Shown piece by piece: positions 1 through 13,000 of a stretch of 64,000 nucleotides of DNA. The notes beneath the pieces are model-generated. The model worked only from the letters and a program-made list of their open reading frames with translations, had not been told where the DNA came from and ran no database searches. The translations under genes and the position numbers were made by a program. The stretch comes from Botryllus schlosseri (lineage: Eukaryota). The stretch is taken from assembly GCA_051294905.1 (NCBI GenBank), contig CM119371.1:870001-934000 (forward strand), given 5' to 3'. The number at the start of each line of letters is the position of its first letter. The stretch's first letter is position 1.

Positions 1-139
1 GTCCAAAATGTCAAAATATTGATTTTTAGGTCAAAATCGTTCTTTTTTAGGTTAAAAATAAGCCTAGTCAAAACCATTCACGTCATCAAATTCTCCGTTG
101 GGATTGTTAGCATTCTGATTGCATTTGCATTTTCCTTAC

Positions 140-260
140 CATTTTGAGAGTTGATACAATTTGAAATTTTGTCGAAGGTGAGGTCTTGAATCGGACGCGA
201 GCACATCGCTTGGACATGCCAATGGCGATCTGAATACAAGATGTCATAAATGTGACAGCA
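140..260 (-). pseudogene. Decayed RRM (RNP1-containing) exon, RBM28/NOP4-like, copy 1
   Basis: Minus-strand translation IQIAIGMSKRCARVRFKTS resembles the RBM28 RRM3 RNP1 region (SKGCAFAQF). Ends at a GTAAGG donor. Paralogous copies at ~37614-37745 and ~39433-39560. Boundaries approximate. Confidence 0.5.
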
Positions 261-873
261 ACGTATTGAATTTGAAACATATGAATACAAGCAGGAAAAT
301 AATGTTCATGCATCTGAGATCTTATGATCATACGTACAACACACTTGATATCAAAAAGAAACCATCAAGTTTCGCATTAAATTCAAATTTCTGATATTTA
401 TTTATTTGATATTTTTGGTATTTGGCATCGCCATGACCCAACATATCCATCACTGTTTCAATTCAATAGTGAAAATCACCTAATAGTTTTATGGTCTTGT
501 TCTACGTTCACTTTAGTTACAGCGAGTAGTAGAGGTCGACCGATATCGACCTTGCCGATGATCGAGGCCAATGTTTGGAACTTCGCTCCGAGTTCTCAGT
601 CTCAGGAAATCGACGACACAAAGGGGGCTGCGTGACAGATTGCCCTTGCAGGACAAGTTGAACTGGGTGAGCATGCAGTGAAACTATGCTTCCTGCATCA
701 CAGCCTACCTCTACTGGACTGATCTGTGATTCTGCATCATCTTTTGCTCTTTGGGATATCCCACATTTCAATGAATGTGCACAATTAGGCAATAATTGTT
801 TTCTAGTTTATTGATCAGCTTTCTGTGGCATGCACAAGAGACAACTACCCTAATCGAACAGAACAAAATAGAA

Positions 874-1496
874 CAGTAGGGCTGTTCGAAAAAAATCTTT
901 TTTTTCTGAATCTTGTTGGCTACATCATTAAATCATTTGTTTGGCTCAAAAAACGATGCACACGAAATTGGAATTCATTCAAACCGGTAAGCGCGGACTT
1001 TGTACAGTTTGAAAATTTTGAATATACCCAAAAATGCAAAAAAAAAATTTCAAATTTTTGGTCAACCCCAAGAAATTGTTGCGCTGTCTTCAAAAACTAT
1101 CCAAAACAAATTTGACTCAATTCCAACCAGTAAAAGCGGGGACATTTGAGTTTTTCTTTGATAATTCTGGGATAATCCTTGATCGGTGGATAATCCAAGA
1201 ATTATCAACGAAAAACTCGAATAACTCTGCTTCTACTAGTTGGAATCGAGTCAAATTTGTTTTGGATCGTTTTTGAAAACAGCGCAACAATTTCCCGAGG
1301 TTGACAGAAAAATTTGAAAATTATTTTTTATGGCATTTTCAGGTAAATTCTAAATTTTCACACCGTACGAATTACGCCCTTACCGGTTGGAAAGAATTCC
1401 AATTTCGTGTGCATCGATTTTTTAAGGCAACCTAATGATTTAATCACGTAGCTAACAAGGTTCAGGAAAAAAAAGTTTTTTTGAACAGCCCTACTG
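874..1496. mobile_element. Palindromic (foldback-type) MITE with CAGTAGGGCT termini
   Basis: Begins CAGTAGGGCTGTTCGAAAAAA and ends TTTTTTGAACAGCCCTACTG. The two halves are reverse complements almost to the centre (~1185). Related copies at 13057-13727 and partial ones near 7430, 38580 and 42450-42950. Confidence 0.8.
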
Positions 1497-2109
1497 CACA
1501 GCCTGTCGTAGTGGTCTGGCGGAAGAGATGGACATGGCCTATTTTGTACCATTCACCCATGATTCAGGAACTACATGATACTGCACTATAGTTGTTCCAG
1601 ACGCAAATGAATAGCTTTGCACAGCATAGAGGCAACTAGAGTGGAACATGGCGTTACTAAAAAATCATGATTTTGCAGTTCCAATACAGCAGCTTTCTGA
1701 AGAAAATAGCTACAACCAAAAAAAAATCATGATATTATCTTTAATTTGATATCACTTCATTTTTGGAGCGAAGTGACCCTTGAAAACAATAATTTTTGAA
1801 TATTTTTGTACGACAACATTTTTCAACAACTGATGCTTCAGCATAAACATGTTTTGCATATTGGAAAACAATATGCATGTAAATGCTGGTTTTATTTTTG
1901 TTTCAATTGGGATCAGGTTGTCGACCGCACACTCGATAATTCTAGTTGTATAATTTCTCTAAATTAAAGCGAAATGACAGTAATCTAAATTTAATCTAAT
2001 TTGGAAAAGTCCATAATTTTCTAGTTTTCCAAGTCTGACTGACCGGTGGTCTAGAAGGTCCGCCCTACAATACTGACGATTTTTTTGCTGAATATTAGAC
2101 CGCACATAC

Positions 2110-2232
2110 CTGGTCATAAGAGACCTTTCCTGCCGAGATACAAATCCCTCTTGCCTTCTTTCTCATTGTTTCATTTCTTCTTCTGCTCACAGCTTGATCA
2201 ACTCGAATCTCATTCCCTTCCAGGTTGTTGCC
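2110..2232 (-). pseudogene. Decayed RBM28/NOP4-like exon (end of RRM + RNLYL linker), copy A
   Basis: Flanked by ctgtag acceptor and gtatgt donor on the minus strand. Translates GNNLEGNEIRVDQAVSR...KRDLYLGRKGLL with an internal deletion/frameshift. Confidence 0.6.
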
Positions 2233-2302
2233 CTACAGCGGTAGTCATGAAGTCACACATATGTTGACAGACAGACTTGTACAAACTATCATCCAGTTAG
2301 TG

Positions 2303-3470
2303 CAGGGGTGGGCAAACAACGGCCCGCGGGCCGCATGCGGCCCGCAACACCGTTCTGTGCGGCCCGCGAGCGTCTGCAGAAACTTACTAAAAATATTGAT
2401 AAAATGCGTACTAAAAATCGAATTAATGCAGGGACTTGAATAAACTTTTTCTTACTATATTTCACGATGATAATTTTAATGCAGTGGTTCTGAAACTGGA
2501 GGCGTGAAAGCATCTGAAGGGGGGCGTGAGCCTGAGCTAAACTGAAAAAAAATTTCGCGCTCGCCGCGATTTGCATGCAATTCATTATTATTGCTCTGTA
2601 TTTAGTACGAATTTCATATTTAAACATCTCTCATCCACAGTCGTAACATTCCATGTCATCAAACTACCAGTTAGGTTTGCTAGCATCCTGGTTGCGTTTT
2701 GTGATATGACGATAAGGGGGGCGCGAAATCTTTCACCATCATAAGGGGGGAGGGGGGTCGTGTCCTAAAAAGTTTGAGAACTAGGCTACTGTTCTAAGGT
2801 AAATACTTCGTATATTTATGTTTAATGTCGGGCGCGACAGCCCGATCTCAAGGCCCACGCAGTTTGAGAGGTTTCTACTGCTAAACATCACAGAAGTCCT
2901 AAACGAGATTAATAATAATTCGGATCAGATTGGCCACTCCAGTTTTAATTATTTCAGTGATTTGCCTATAAAAAACGATTTGCGGGTGTCTTAGGTAGAT
3001 TCGTTCTCCGTATGCGTAGAATTGGGTATTTGTATTTTATCCACACATAGTAGAAGTGTGCTTGAAGCTACCATGTTTATGATGCTGTCAGCATTGTGTG
3101 TCCTGGAACTGAACAATAAGTGGAATTAGTAAATTTATGAGCAGGTCGATGCTCACATAAATTTCAATCTTGTTCTAAGAATCGGGAAAACCGACTTTCA
3201 TCTCTATAGTTTTGAAAAATTGGTTATTGAGGTCGACCAGCCTATAAAATCTCTCCACTGTTTCTGACGCGTGAACGATATCATCGAAGTAATGTTTGGT
3301 TTGTTTTAGAAAAGCACATATATTATCTCCATGTCATCACTATATAATCACTATATAATCAAATACCAATATTGCGTTTTGGTTTACAATCCCAATTTTA
3401 TATAGTGAGGCCCGCGAATGAATTCAGATGTGGAATGCGGCCCGCGGGCTCAAAAGTTTGCCCACCCCTG
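2303..3470. mobile_element. Non-autonomous hAT (Charlie/Buster-like) element
   Basis: TIR CAGGGGTGGGCAAAC...GTTTGCCCACCCCTG; perfect 8-bp TSD AGTTAGTG (2295-2302 / 3471-3478). Confidence 0.9.
2482..2791. mobile_element. Nested hAT-like MITE
   Basis: Starts CAGTGGTTCTGAAACT, ends AGTTTGAGAACTAGGCTACTG; flanks TTTTAATG/TTCTAAGG are a degenerate 8-bp TSD. A related left end occurs at ~35459. Confidence 0.6.
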
Positions 3471-5906
3471 AGTTAGTGGGTGATCAACTAACCACTGATT
3501 ATTTAGTAGTTTTGGTTCTAGTTGCGGATTTAGGCAAGTGGAGAGTTTCAGTTGCGCAATTCAGAAAACAATTTGTGGTACAATGATTTGCGTACCGATA
3601 CTCGAATCTGAATCAAGTACCATAACTGTAATGATTCGAGTCGATCAGTGAAAGACGATTTTTTGGACTAATGAAACTTTGCGCCCATTTCCATCGAAAA
3701 GTTATAATTGCATCAACTTTCTGAAACCTCGATTAGTTGTATCCCAACATACGAAACATATTGTACAAAGCTATGCACGTTTGCGTCAATGACATTTCTG
3801 TGTAGCTGTGATCGCAAAGCCAAATGAAGTATTTTCGAAAAATACCAAATCATCATTATTTGGTGAAGAGCTGGCATTATGTTTCGTAGTTGCATGAAAA
3901 GTAGGCTACATACTCAAGCTTTTGGGTCTCCCATATACTTATATCGTCATCACGAGTGATTATAATCACATATATCATATATCAAATACTCGACGTGAAG
4001 CCTAATTCAGAATAGCATCACTCATGCACTATGTATTCACTCATGTAAGTCTCATAATTACGAGCAAACCTTTTTCCTGCATGATTTTGCCTCCAGCATC
4101 ATCGTCCATCGGTAATTCCATTTCAAGTCAACAACACAGTGAACCACTAGGTCTCAGATTTTCATGTCATTCTAAGACTGAATCTGGTATCTAACACTGA
4201 GGGTAGAAAACATGATTTTTTCAATATTCATACACTGAAACCATTTTGTGCTCACTCAACGATGAAGTTTAATTACCGGTACCGTAGTTTCATATTCCCT
4301 GTTACAGTACGGTCATAAAACAGTGTACCGGTATTAAAGTAGTTAAGAGCGGATGATGGCTTTTAATAATAACAGATTACAAGAAACTCTGGATATTGAA
4401 GGGAAAATTTTCAACAAACAAATGGAGTCAGGGGTAAATATCAGTCTTAATAGCCTACCCCTTTCAATATCCATCATGCGTGACACAAACTTGGAACATT
4501 TTAAGCACTATTCTGTCTACATAAAAGTTGGAAGCAGCAAAGCTGGTTTGGGAGAGAAATGTGACTTACACGTTTTGCCTAATAATATGTAATTGGTAGG
4601 CTAATAGACCTAGTCTAAATCAACTTCATACATAGATACTTCCGACTCCAATCTGTAATTCAATTTCAGATCAAACAAAAATTAGATTGGGTATCAATAA
4701 AGTTTCAGATTTTACAAATATTTGGATCAAGACATTATGAAGTATGAGTTGATATGCTTGAAAAGCAATTTATTTCAACGGAATACCGGTAGGCCAACAT
4801 GAGCGTTATCACGTTATCCCATTAAAAAAAGCTTTTTCTGCTTATTTAACCTTGAAATGAAAGTTTTTCAAGCTGATTTGAAATTGTCTGTAAATGAGAT
4901 ACTTTGGCAATAAATATTTGTTCTCGTTGTTATGTTACATAAGTTGATTGATTTTATCATGCAAGAGTTGAGGTAATCATTTCAGGTACACAGCCCCTAA
5001 TGTCTCCCTCTCATTTCTGTCTATATCGTAGGCCTACTTCAAAACTTTTGTGAAGGTTGTCACATGAATTCTGTTATGTTGCAACATGGAGCATGCACTT
5101 AAGTAATGAGTTAGATGCCAAAATTCTGTAACTAGAATATGGAGCATAATTTTCAGCTAAATCACCACATTTTTATAATCTGAAATATTCCCTGTAGTCA
5201 AAGTTCGTAAGTAAATATTACATAAAAACTCCTTTCCTATAGATTCTATGCGGCAGGTATTATACCAGACTATTTACCAAAATATTCAGGCAAACAGAAA
5301 TGATAGGGAGAGTTATGAAATATTTTTACACGCAGCGATTTCCATGGGCTTCACCTTCAGCTACATTATTGGCAGGGCACCAAAGATGAATATTTTCGCA
5401 CTGGCTTGCTGAATTCATCAATTTATACAGCATGACAACATTCTCAGGTATAAGTAGCTCATTTATAAAGACACAAGTTCAGATCTGCATAAAAACAGAA
5501 CTTGGGTTTCACGGTTAAATGAGCAGAAAGCTTGTTTTCATCGCGCGATAACTTGAAAACTTCATTCAAAATGGATACCGGTAGCTTAGCTATAGCATTT
5601 TACTAGGTGATGAGTCAAATTTCAGCAAAATCTGCAACTTGATGGAGACCGAATTTCTCTTTGGTTCATTTCACATAGAATTACCTATATACAGCAGTTA
5701 CAAACAATCCAGTAAGCTGGCTTGATCATGGCTTAAGGTTGAACTTAATCAGACTTACAGCATCATTTTACATTCGGTAATTGCATTCTCAAGTGAGGCA
5801 GGAACGAACGATCGATACTCCATGGAAACTCGCAAATCATGTTTGATAGAAGCTGTAAGCCAATATGTTATCGGTGACTCGTACGGACTAAAGACTCTAC
5901 TGAATA

Positions 5907-6552
5907 CACTACAAAAAAATTAGACAAATTTGGTCTCAAATTTAAGAAATGAGGATGATTTGGTCTCATTTTCAGCAATTTCAGTCTCACTGATAAATTG
6001 AGGTCTTAAAATTGAGACTGATTCGGCTGTTTAAGACCATATATAATTGTCACAATTATTTGGTCTTAAAAATAAGACTAATAAAACGCATCTTATAAGA
6101 CATATTGTGCTTATTAAGACAGTTTTTGATGTGTCAGTATTTTTGGTCTTGTTTTTAAGACGAATTGTGCAGTATTTTTGGTCTCATTTTCCCCACTCAC
6201 CATAAATGCTATTTTCGATTCAGACAACCATATATATATTGATCTGAATAGTACATGTGAGTAGTAAGTGGCATGTACCTTGATAACTATATCTAGTGAA
6301 TGTCTTGTAAACTTAGTACAGGAACATCTCAACACTGCAATTTCTGGTCTCTCTCTCATCCTTCCCCTCCTCCGCTCAGACCCCTAACATTGAAAAGGAT
6401 GCCCCCAAGGCACTGCTACTATTTTCGATCAATTTCTGGCTTACTTTTGAGACATAAAGTACTTGGTAAGACTAATTGGTCTTTAAGACATTTTTTCATA
6501 AAAAGTCACTTTAAGATAATAAGATAAAAAATGTCTTATTTTTTTTATAGTG
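5907..6552. mobile_element. EnSpm/CACTA-like non-autonomous element
   Basis: TA|CACTACAAAAAAA...TTTTTTTATAGTG|TA termini with many subterminal TGGTCT/AAGAC motifs. Confidence 0.65.
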
Positions 6553-7420
6553 TATTTTAGATAGCCGCTCCCTGTGTTAATTTGCGATATTGGTATGTTT
6601 TCAAACCGTATTTTCTGTCTCAGTGAGGTTGTTTGAAGTACAGTTCTGGGTTTTATGTTATCTTCCATGACTTATTGGCTAGTTTAAGGACTTTTAGACA
6701 CTAACTAGGTAGGTTTATGTTGTTTTGCAGCCGCGCAAAATGCCAGGGTATAACGTGCCAATTTGTTATAATGGATGAGAAAACAGTTCGGAGTAGTCTT
6801 TCCATCGACTTCTGAATTGCCAGAAAACGACTGGAAAGTGACTGAAATTAATAAAGCTAGTGGGAATGATAAATATAAATAACATTTGATCTATGTTGAC
6901 TTGTTTGTTTGGTGGTATCAAATGACAGACAAATGTCATAGCCTACCGGTATTTTGTGTGCCCCAAAGACAGCGTAATCGAGTCAGCTTCAATAGCAAAT
7001 GATTTAAGATAACCCACAATTATTAGATTTTTATTAAAGTGTTTATATAGTGAAATTGGCCTAAGAATAGATGCATCAACTGCAGGCATCGGTTAGCTTA
7101 TGTGCCATTTATCGAAAAAGATAATCAAGAATTTCGGTCAGCCAAATTTAAGTTTAACCATGCCAATCAGAAGGAAGTTATTGATTGTTTCAAGGATAGT
7201 GCTGAGAAGACTGCTATTGCCAGACAAGGACAAGAGTACCGTACTTTTGACTTGGTTTTTGTGATGATGCAGCGATTTACAATTTGGTATCATTCTAACT
7301 GTAATGTAAATATTCTTTTGAAGGAAGACCAGGTCTTCCTGTTACTCATAACACTACTTCATATAATTTAGTACTGGCACTGTTGCCAATGTTTTCTCTA
7401 AATTTTGGTCAAGTTTCTAT
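6553..7420 (+). pseudogene. Older, decayed copy of the 5' half of the ISL2EU transposase gene
   Basis: DNA similarity to 7665-8700 (5' UTR, AAAATGCCA start of THAP, FKDSAEKTA and MQRFTIWYHSNCNVNIL.KEDQVFLLL). Many stops and indels. Confidence 0.8.
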
Positions 7421-7834
7421 ACATCAGTGTTGTTCAAAAACAACTTTTTCGCCAAATTTCACTGTCTCATGAACAAAATGGTTAGGTTGGCTTGAAAAAA
7501 GGTTGCACGCTAGATTTGGCTCAATTCCAATATGCAGAAGTCAAGCTATCAGATTTTACAAAAAAAATTTAATTTATTGAAAAAATAAAATATTTTATGA
7601 AATTTTACTGGCTATTGGGCTCGAAAGTCACGTGACTTGTGGTTCGCTGGGGCCAAACCACTATCTTAGATAGGCGCTGCCCGTGTTAATGTCCGATATT
7701 GGTCTGTTTTCAATTCGTATTTTCTGTCTTTGTAAGGTTGTTTGTAGTACAGTTGGAGGTTTTATGGAATCAGCGAGTTTCAGGGTTTTTAGATGGTTAC
7801 TAGAATATTTTATGTTATTTTACAGTCGCTCAAA

Positions 7835-9571
<1,737 letters not shown>

Positions 9572-9603
9572 GCGACTCGCTACTGCGATTACAAGACAAC
9601 AAC

Positions 9604-9650
9604 GGCTCTTTTCAGAGCCACCCAACAACGGCTCTTTTCAGAGCCACCCA
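9604..9650 (+). promoter_or_regulatory. Two tandem histone 3' stem-loops (SLBP-binding, non-polyA 3' end signal)
   Basis: GGCTCTTTTCAGAGCC at 9604-9619 and 9630-9645, each preceded by AAC and followed by ACCCA, the canonical replication-dependent histone stem-loop. Confidence 0.95.
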
Positions 9651-9888
9651 AACTTGTTGAAACTCTATAGAGAATATTTTGGTCGATCGAATCGTACAAA
9701 ATTATACTACTACTGACAAATCAAGAGACTCCAATCAGCTTTTCAATAAACCACCCGACTTGTACAAAGTGTATGGACTAGAACCGCTATACTAACTAAA
9801 TGGGTAGTTTGTAACTATAAGTCTCGCCGTCGCGATATTGCGACAGCCAGCCAGCCTGTCCGTACTCTATAAGCGTAAACATCAACTT

Positions 9889-9912
9889 TGGATGGCCCTG
9901 AAAAGAGCCGTT
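9889..9912 (-). promoter_or_regulatory. Histone 3' stem-loop on the minus strand
   Basis: Minus strand reads AAC-GGCTCTTTTCAGGGCC-ATCCA (stem-loop 9909-9894), 36 nt after the H1 stop codon. Confidence 0.93.
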
Positions 9913-9945
9913 AATAGTGGAGGTGTTGACGACACACGCCAGCAT

Positions 9946-10080
9946 TCATTTCTTCTTGGCTGAGGTCTTTTTGGCAGCCTTCTTGACATTAGCCGATTTC
10001 TTGGCCGCGGCTTTCTCGATGGGAGTCTTCTTCGCTTAGGGCTTCTTGGCCGCAGTTTTTTGGGTCGATTCCTTGCCGAC
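9946..10080 (-). pseudogene. H1: Captured histone H1 C-terminal tail fragment
   Basis: Minus-strand translation VGKESTQKTAAKKP*AKKTPIEKAAAKKSANVKKAAKKTSAKKK* is K/A/P-rich like an H1 C-terminal domain and is followed by a histone stem-loop. One in-frame TAA at 10036-10038. Confidence 0.8.
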
Positions 10081-10082
10081 TC

Positions 10083-13000
10083 TCAGAGTTCAAGCGATAG
10101 CAGGAGAGGTAAAAAGGTATTCCTAATAAAGTCTCTCAAGAGAATTAAATTGTTCTCCCAATCACTTTCCTTAGGTATTCTCTCGACCAACAGTTCTGTT
10201 GTTGTCCAAACCACAAAATGGCATAACTCCGCGTTTGCCAAGTGTAAGCCGCCCTGCACCTGGTCATAGTACTCGTGATTTTTATCGAGTACTAAATGAT
10301 CCCCAGTTATTTTCAAAAAGAAGTCCTTTTTCGTCATGGCCAAATCCATCAAGGAGGTTGATTTTGCGGAATAGGGACACTTCACCTCGATTAATTCATT
10401 TTCATTAATGATGCCGTCGGGTGATGCTCCAAGCATGCCAGTGGGATCGATAAATAGCCCACATTGTGATATTTCAGAGAAATTAGCATCAAAACTGCAA
10501 CATAAAACATAGTACTTACAGCAGCAGGTTCTTCGGATAAGAGCCAACCAAATCCTGTAGGTCTATTCAAATTTGCTAATCCCTCTTTGAAAAATAGGAT
10601 GTCATCGTCGTTGACGTCACGATCAGTAGTTGAAATATATTGTTCACGTTGCAATACAATGCTGCATGCCATTAAAAAAAAAACACTTATACCTTGTCCT
10701 TGATTTGGCCAGATTTGAGAAATTCTTTTACCAGCGCTTTCAATTTGCTTTCTCGGCTTTATCCACTGGCATTCAATATCGGTGCGTGTTATATTTTTGC
10801 ATAGCCAAAGAAGAACTGCAGCCATATGGTGACACTGGAATTGGCCATTTGGACAGCCGCAATGTGCGCGACAAATCTTCTGATCAGTAATGTGGATCTG
10901 AGACAAAACCATGTCATAAGAGAGGGAGAGAGATACGGTGTGGTATTCTTATTCGCCTGCATCATCGAGATGCTTTGACGACGGAGATGCGATACTGCCT
11001 TTATAGTAAGGTCATCTAGTCTGCACCCCTGGTTTTTTCTCCTCCATGCTATCCGTGATTGCCGAGCGCCTAGCAGGATAGCTGCGGATACCAGTTTTAG
11101 AGTCTTTGTTCTGACCCAGCAAACACAGTACAGACCAAAGATGTAGAAAAGCCGAGCCGATATAGTAGATATTAGATCTCGGCAGGTCGTAGAAAGGGGG
11201 ATTTTGTGTCGACTCAATTCAACGTCTTTTCCATGTCCTTCAATAATGTAAATATTATGCAGATGCTACAGCCTTTAAACATGGTGAGTAGAATGTAGAT
11301 CCTACGTTAGAAGAAGAAGATCCTGATATAATAACCTGTTTTCTACCACTATGGGCTTAACCTGATCACGGCTGCGTACACACACCACATTATTTACTAC
11401 ATATTAATCACATTTGTGATAATTTAATTTCAAACGAATTGGCAATAATGCCGTTGTAAAAAATAAAACGAACAAACAAACGAATGTCTTTAGAAAGAAA
11501 GTGAAAACAGTCCTTATTATCAGGTTTCATCTTCTGATGAGCCAGTTAAATAACCAGCATGCGGCCTTTTTTTTTCAACACCCTGCAGAAATAAAATGAA
11601 AATGATGATTAATAGCTAAGACATTCGTACTGCGAAAATGGCAGAGGTAGCGACTAACGAATGACTCCTACATTTTTTTCGCCCATACTCACTGAAATGG
11701 ATTCGATTCTGAACTATTTCCACTCAAGTTTTCAAGTTTTATTATTATATTTTTTAATATTATATGACTAGAGAACTGACTTCAATCGTCACTTCTACTT
11801 GATTATCAAGATCAACGATGACTACTTCAGCACTCTTTGAAAACAGCCACTAACACAAAAAGAATTCTTGACTAAAATTTCTTCACATTCTGTCCAAAAT
11901 GATCAATTCAACAATCCAAATGAATCAGTTATTTGGCAGCTAGTTGGAGAGATATATACTCAAGTCTAGAAAGTGGAATGATACTCTGCCTGGAAAGCTG
12001 AAGACCTAACAATATTGTGTACAGAGAACAAAACATTTGAGTGGCGGCACTGGTATAGACATTAATAAATTATTAGAATTGACAGCAAGATAACCAGCAA
12101 GACATTAAAATGAGAATTAGTGCAGTTTCTTAGGCTGTAGTGATACTCAGCCAGTAATTGACCTAGCAGAGAGCAAAACGTTGTAAATAAAGCGAGCGAA
12201 ACCTCCGACAAATGATACGATAAAACCTTAGAATCGACAGTCTTACTAGAAGCAGAATAACAATCATGAGGGGTTAGAGAACAGAAGCCCGGGAAGTGAC
12301 CATCAGAAATTACTGCATATTGGCCGAAAAAATCCATGACCACTAACAAATGGTCTTTCAATAGTCAATATTGATACCAAATGACACCACCCCTATTTCA
12401 TAGCAACATTTAGCAAATACAGCGCTGGAGTCAACCTTATATAAGCCCTAACCAAACGCCCATTAGTTTTCCCACCTACTACTTCGCGGATGGAAATAAG
12501 CATTAAAGCGAACGGACGCGACTTGTCACACTCTTGCTATTTCTGCTCCTTTTTTCTCTTCGTTCCTCTTCTCTGTCGCTTCCGCTTGAGGAGAGAAACA
12601 GTCGGCCGCGTTTACGGATCGTGAATTCCCGGTGGGTGATTCTTCCTCGAATGGTCAGCACCTTGAAAATTGAGAACAATGTTGTTGCAAAATGCATGAC
12701 AATTTGAAAGTTACATCATTCTAATTATTCCAGTTATGGCCGTGAATCGTTACAAGTGCGGTAACCATAAGAATTATTACTATACTTCAACTACAAATAC
12801 AATACATTGTATAAAATGATTACCAATTCTTTTACGTTGATCGAGTCCCAAATAGATGAAATATGTCAAAGAATTTGCTAAATTTTTGTATAATTTGACA
12901 GATTCCGAAAAATATCAAGACTCCCAACATTTTACAATTCGAAGTTGGATGGCTTTACCAATAAAAGCAAACAGTTTGTATCGCAATTGACAATTATGTA

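Noticed and set aside
517..792. 91-aa minus-strand ORF
   Set aside because: No recognisable domain or supporting splice structure.
10647..10692. Small intron within the SWIM exon (GTATAAG donor)
   Set aside because: No phase-compatible AG acceptor was found and the frame reads through, so it is left unannotated.
10912..11390. Solo LTR (TG...CA)
   Set aside because: No matching 4-6-bp TSD, PBS/PPT or second LTR could be identified.
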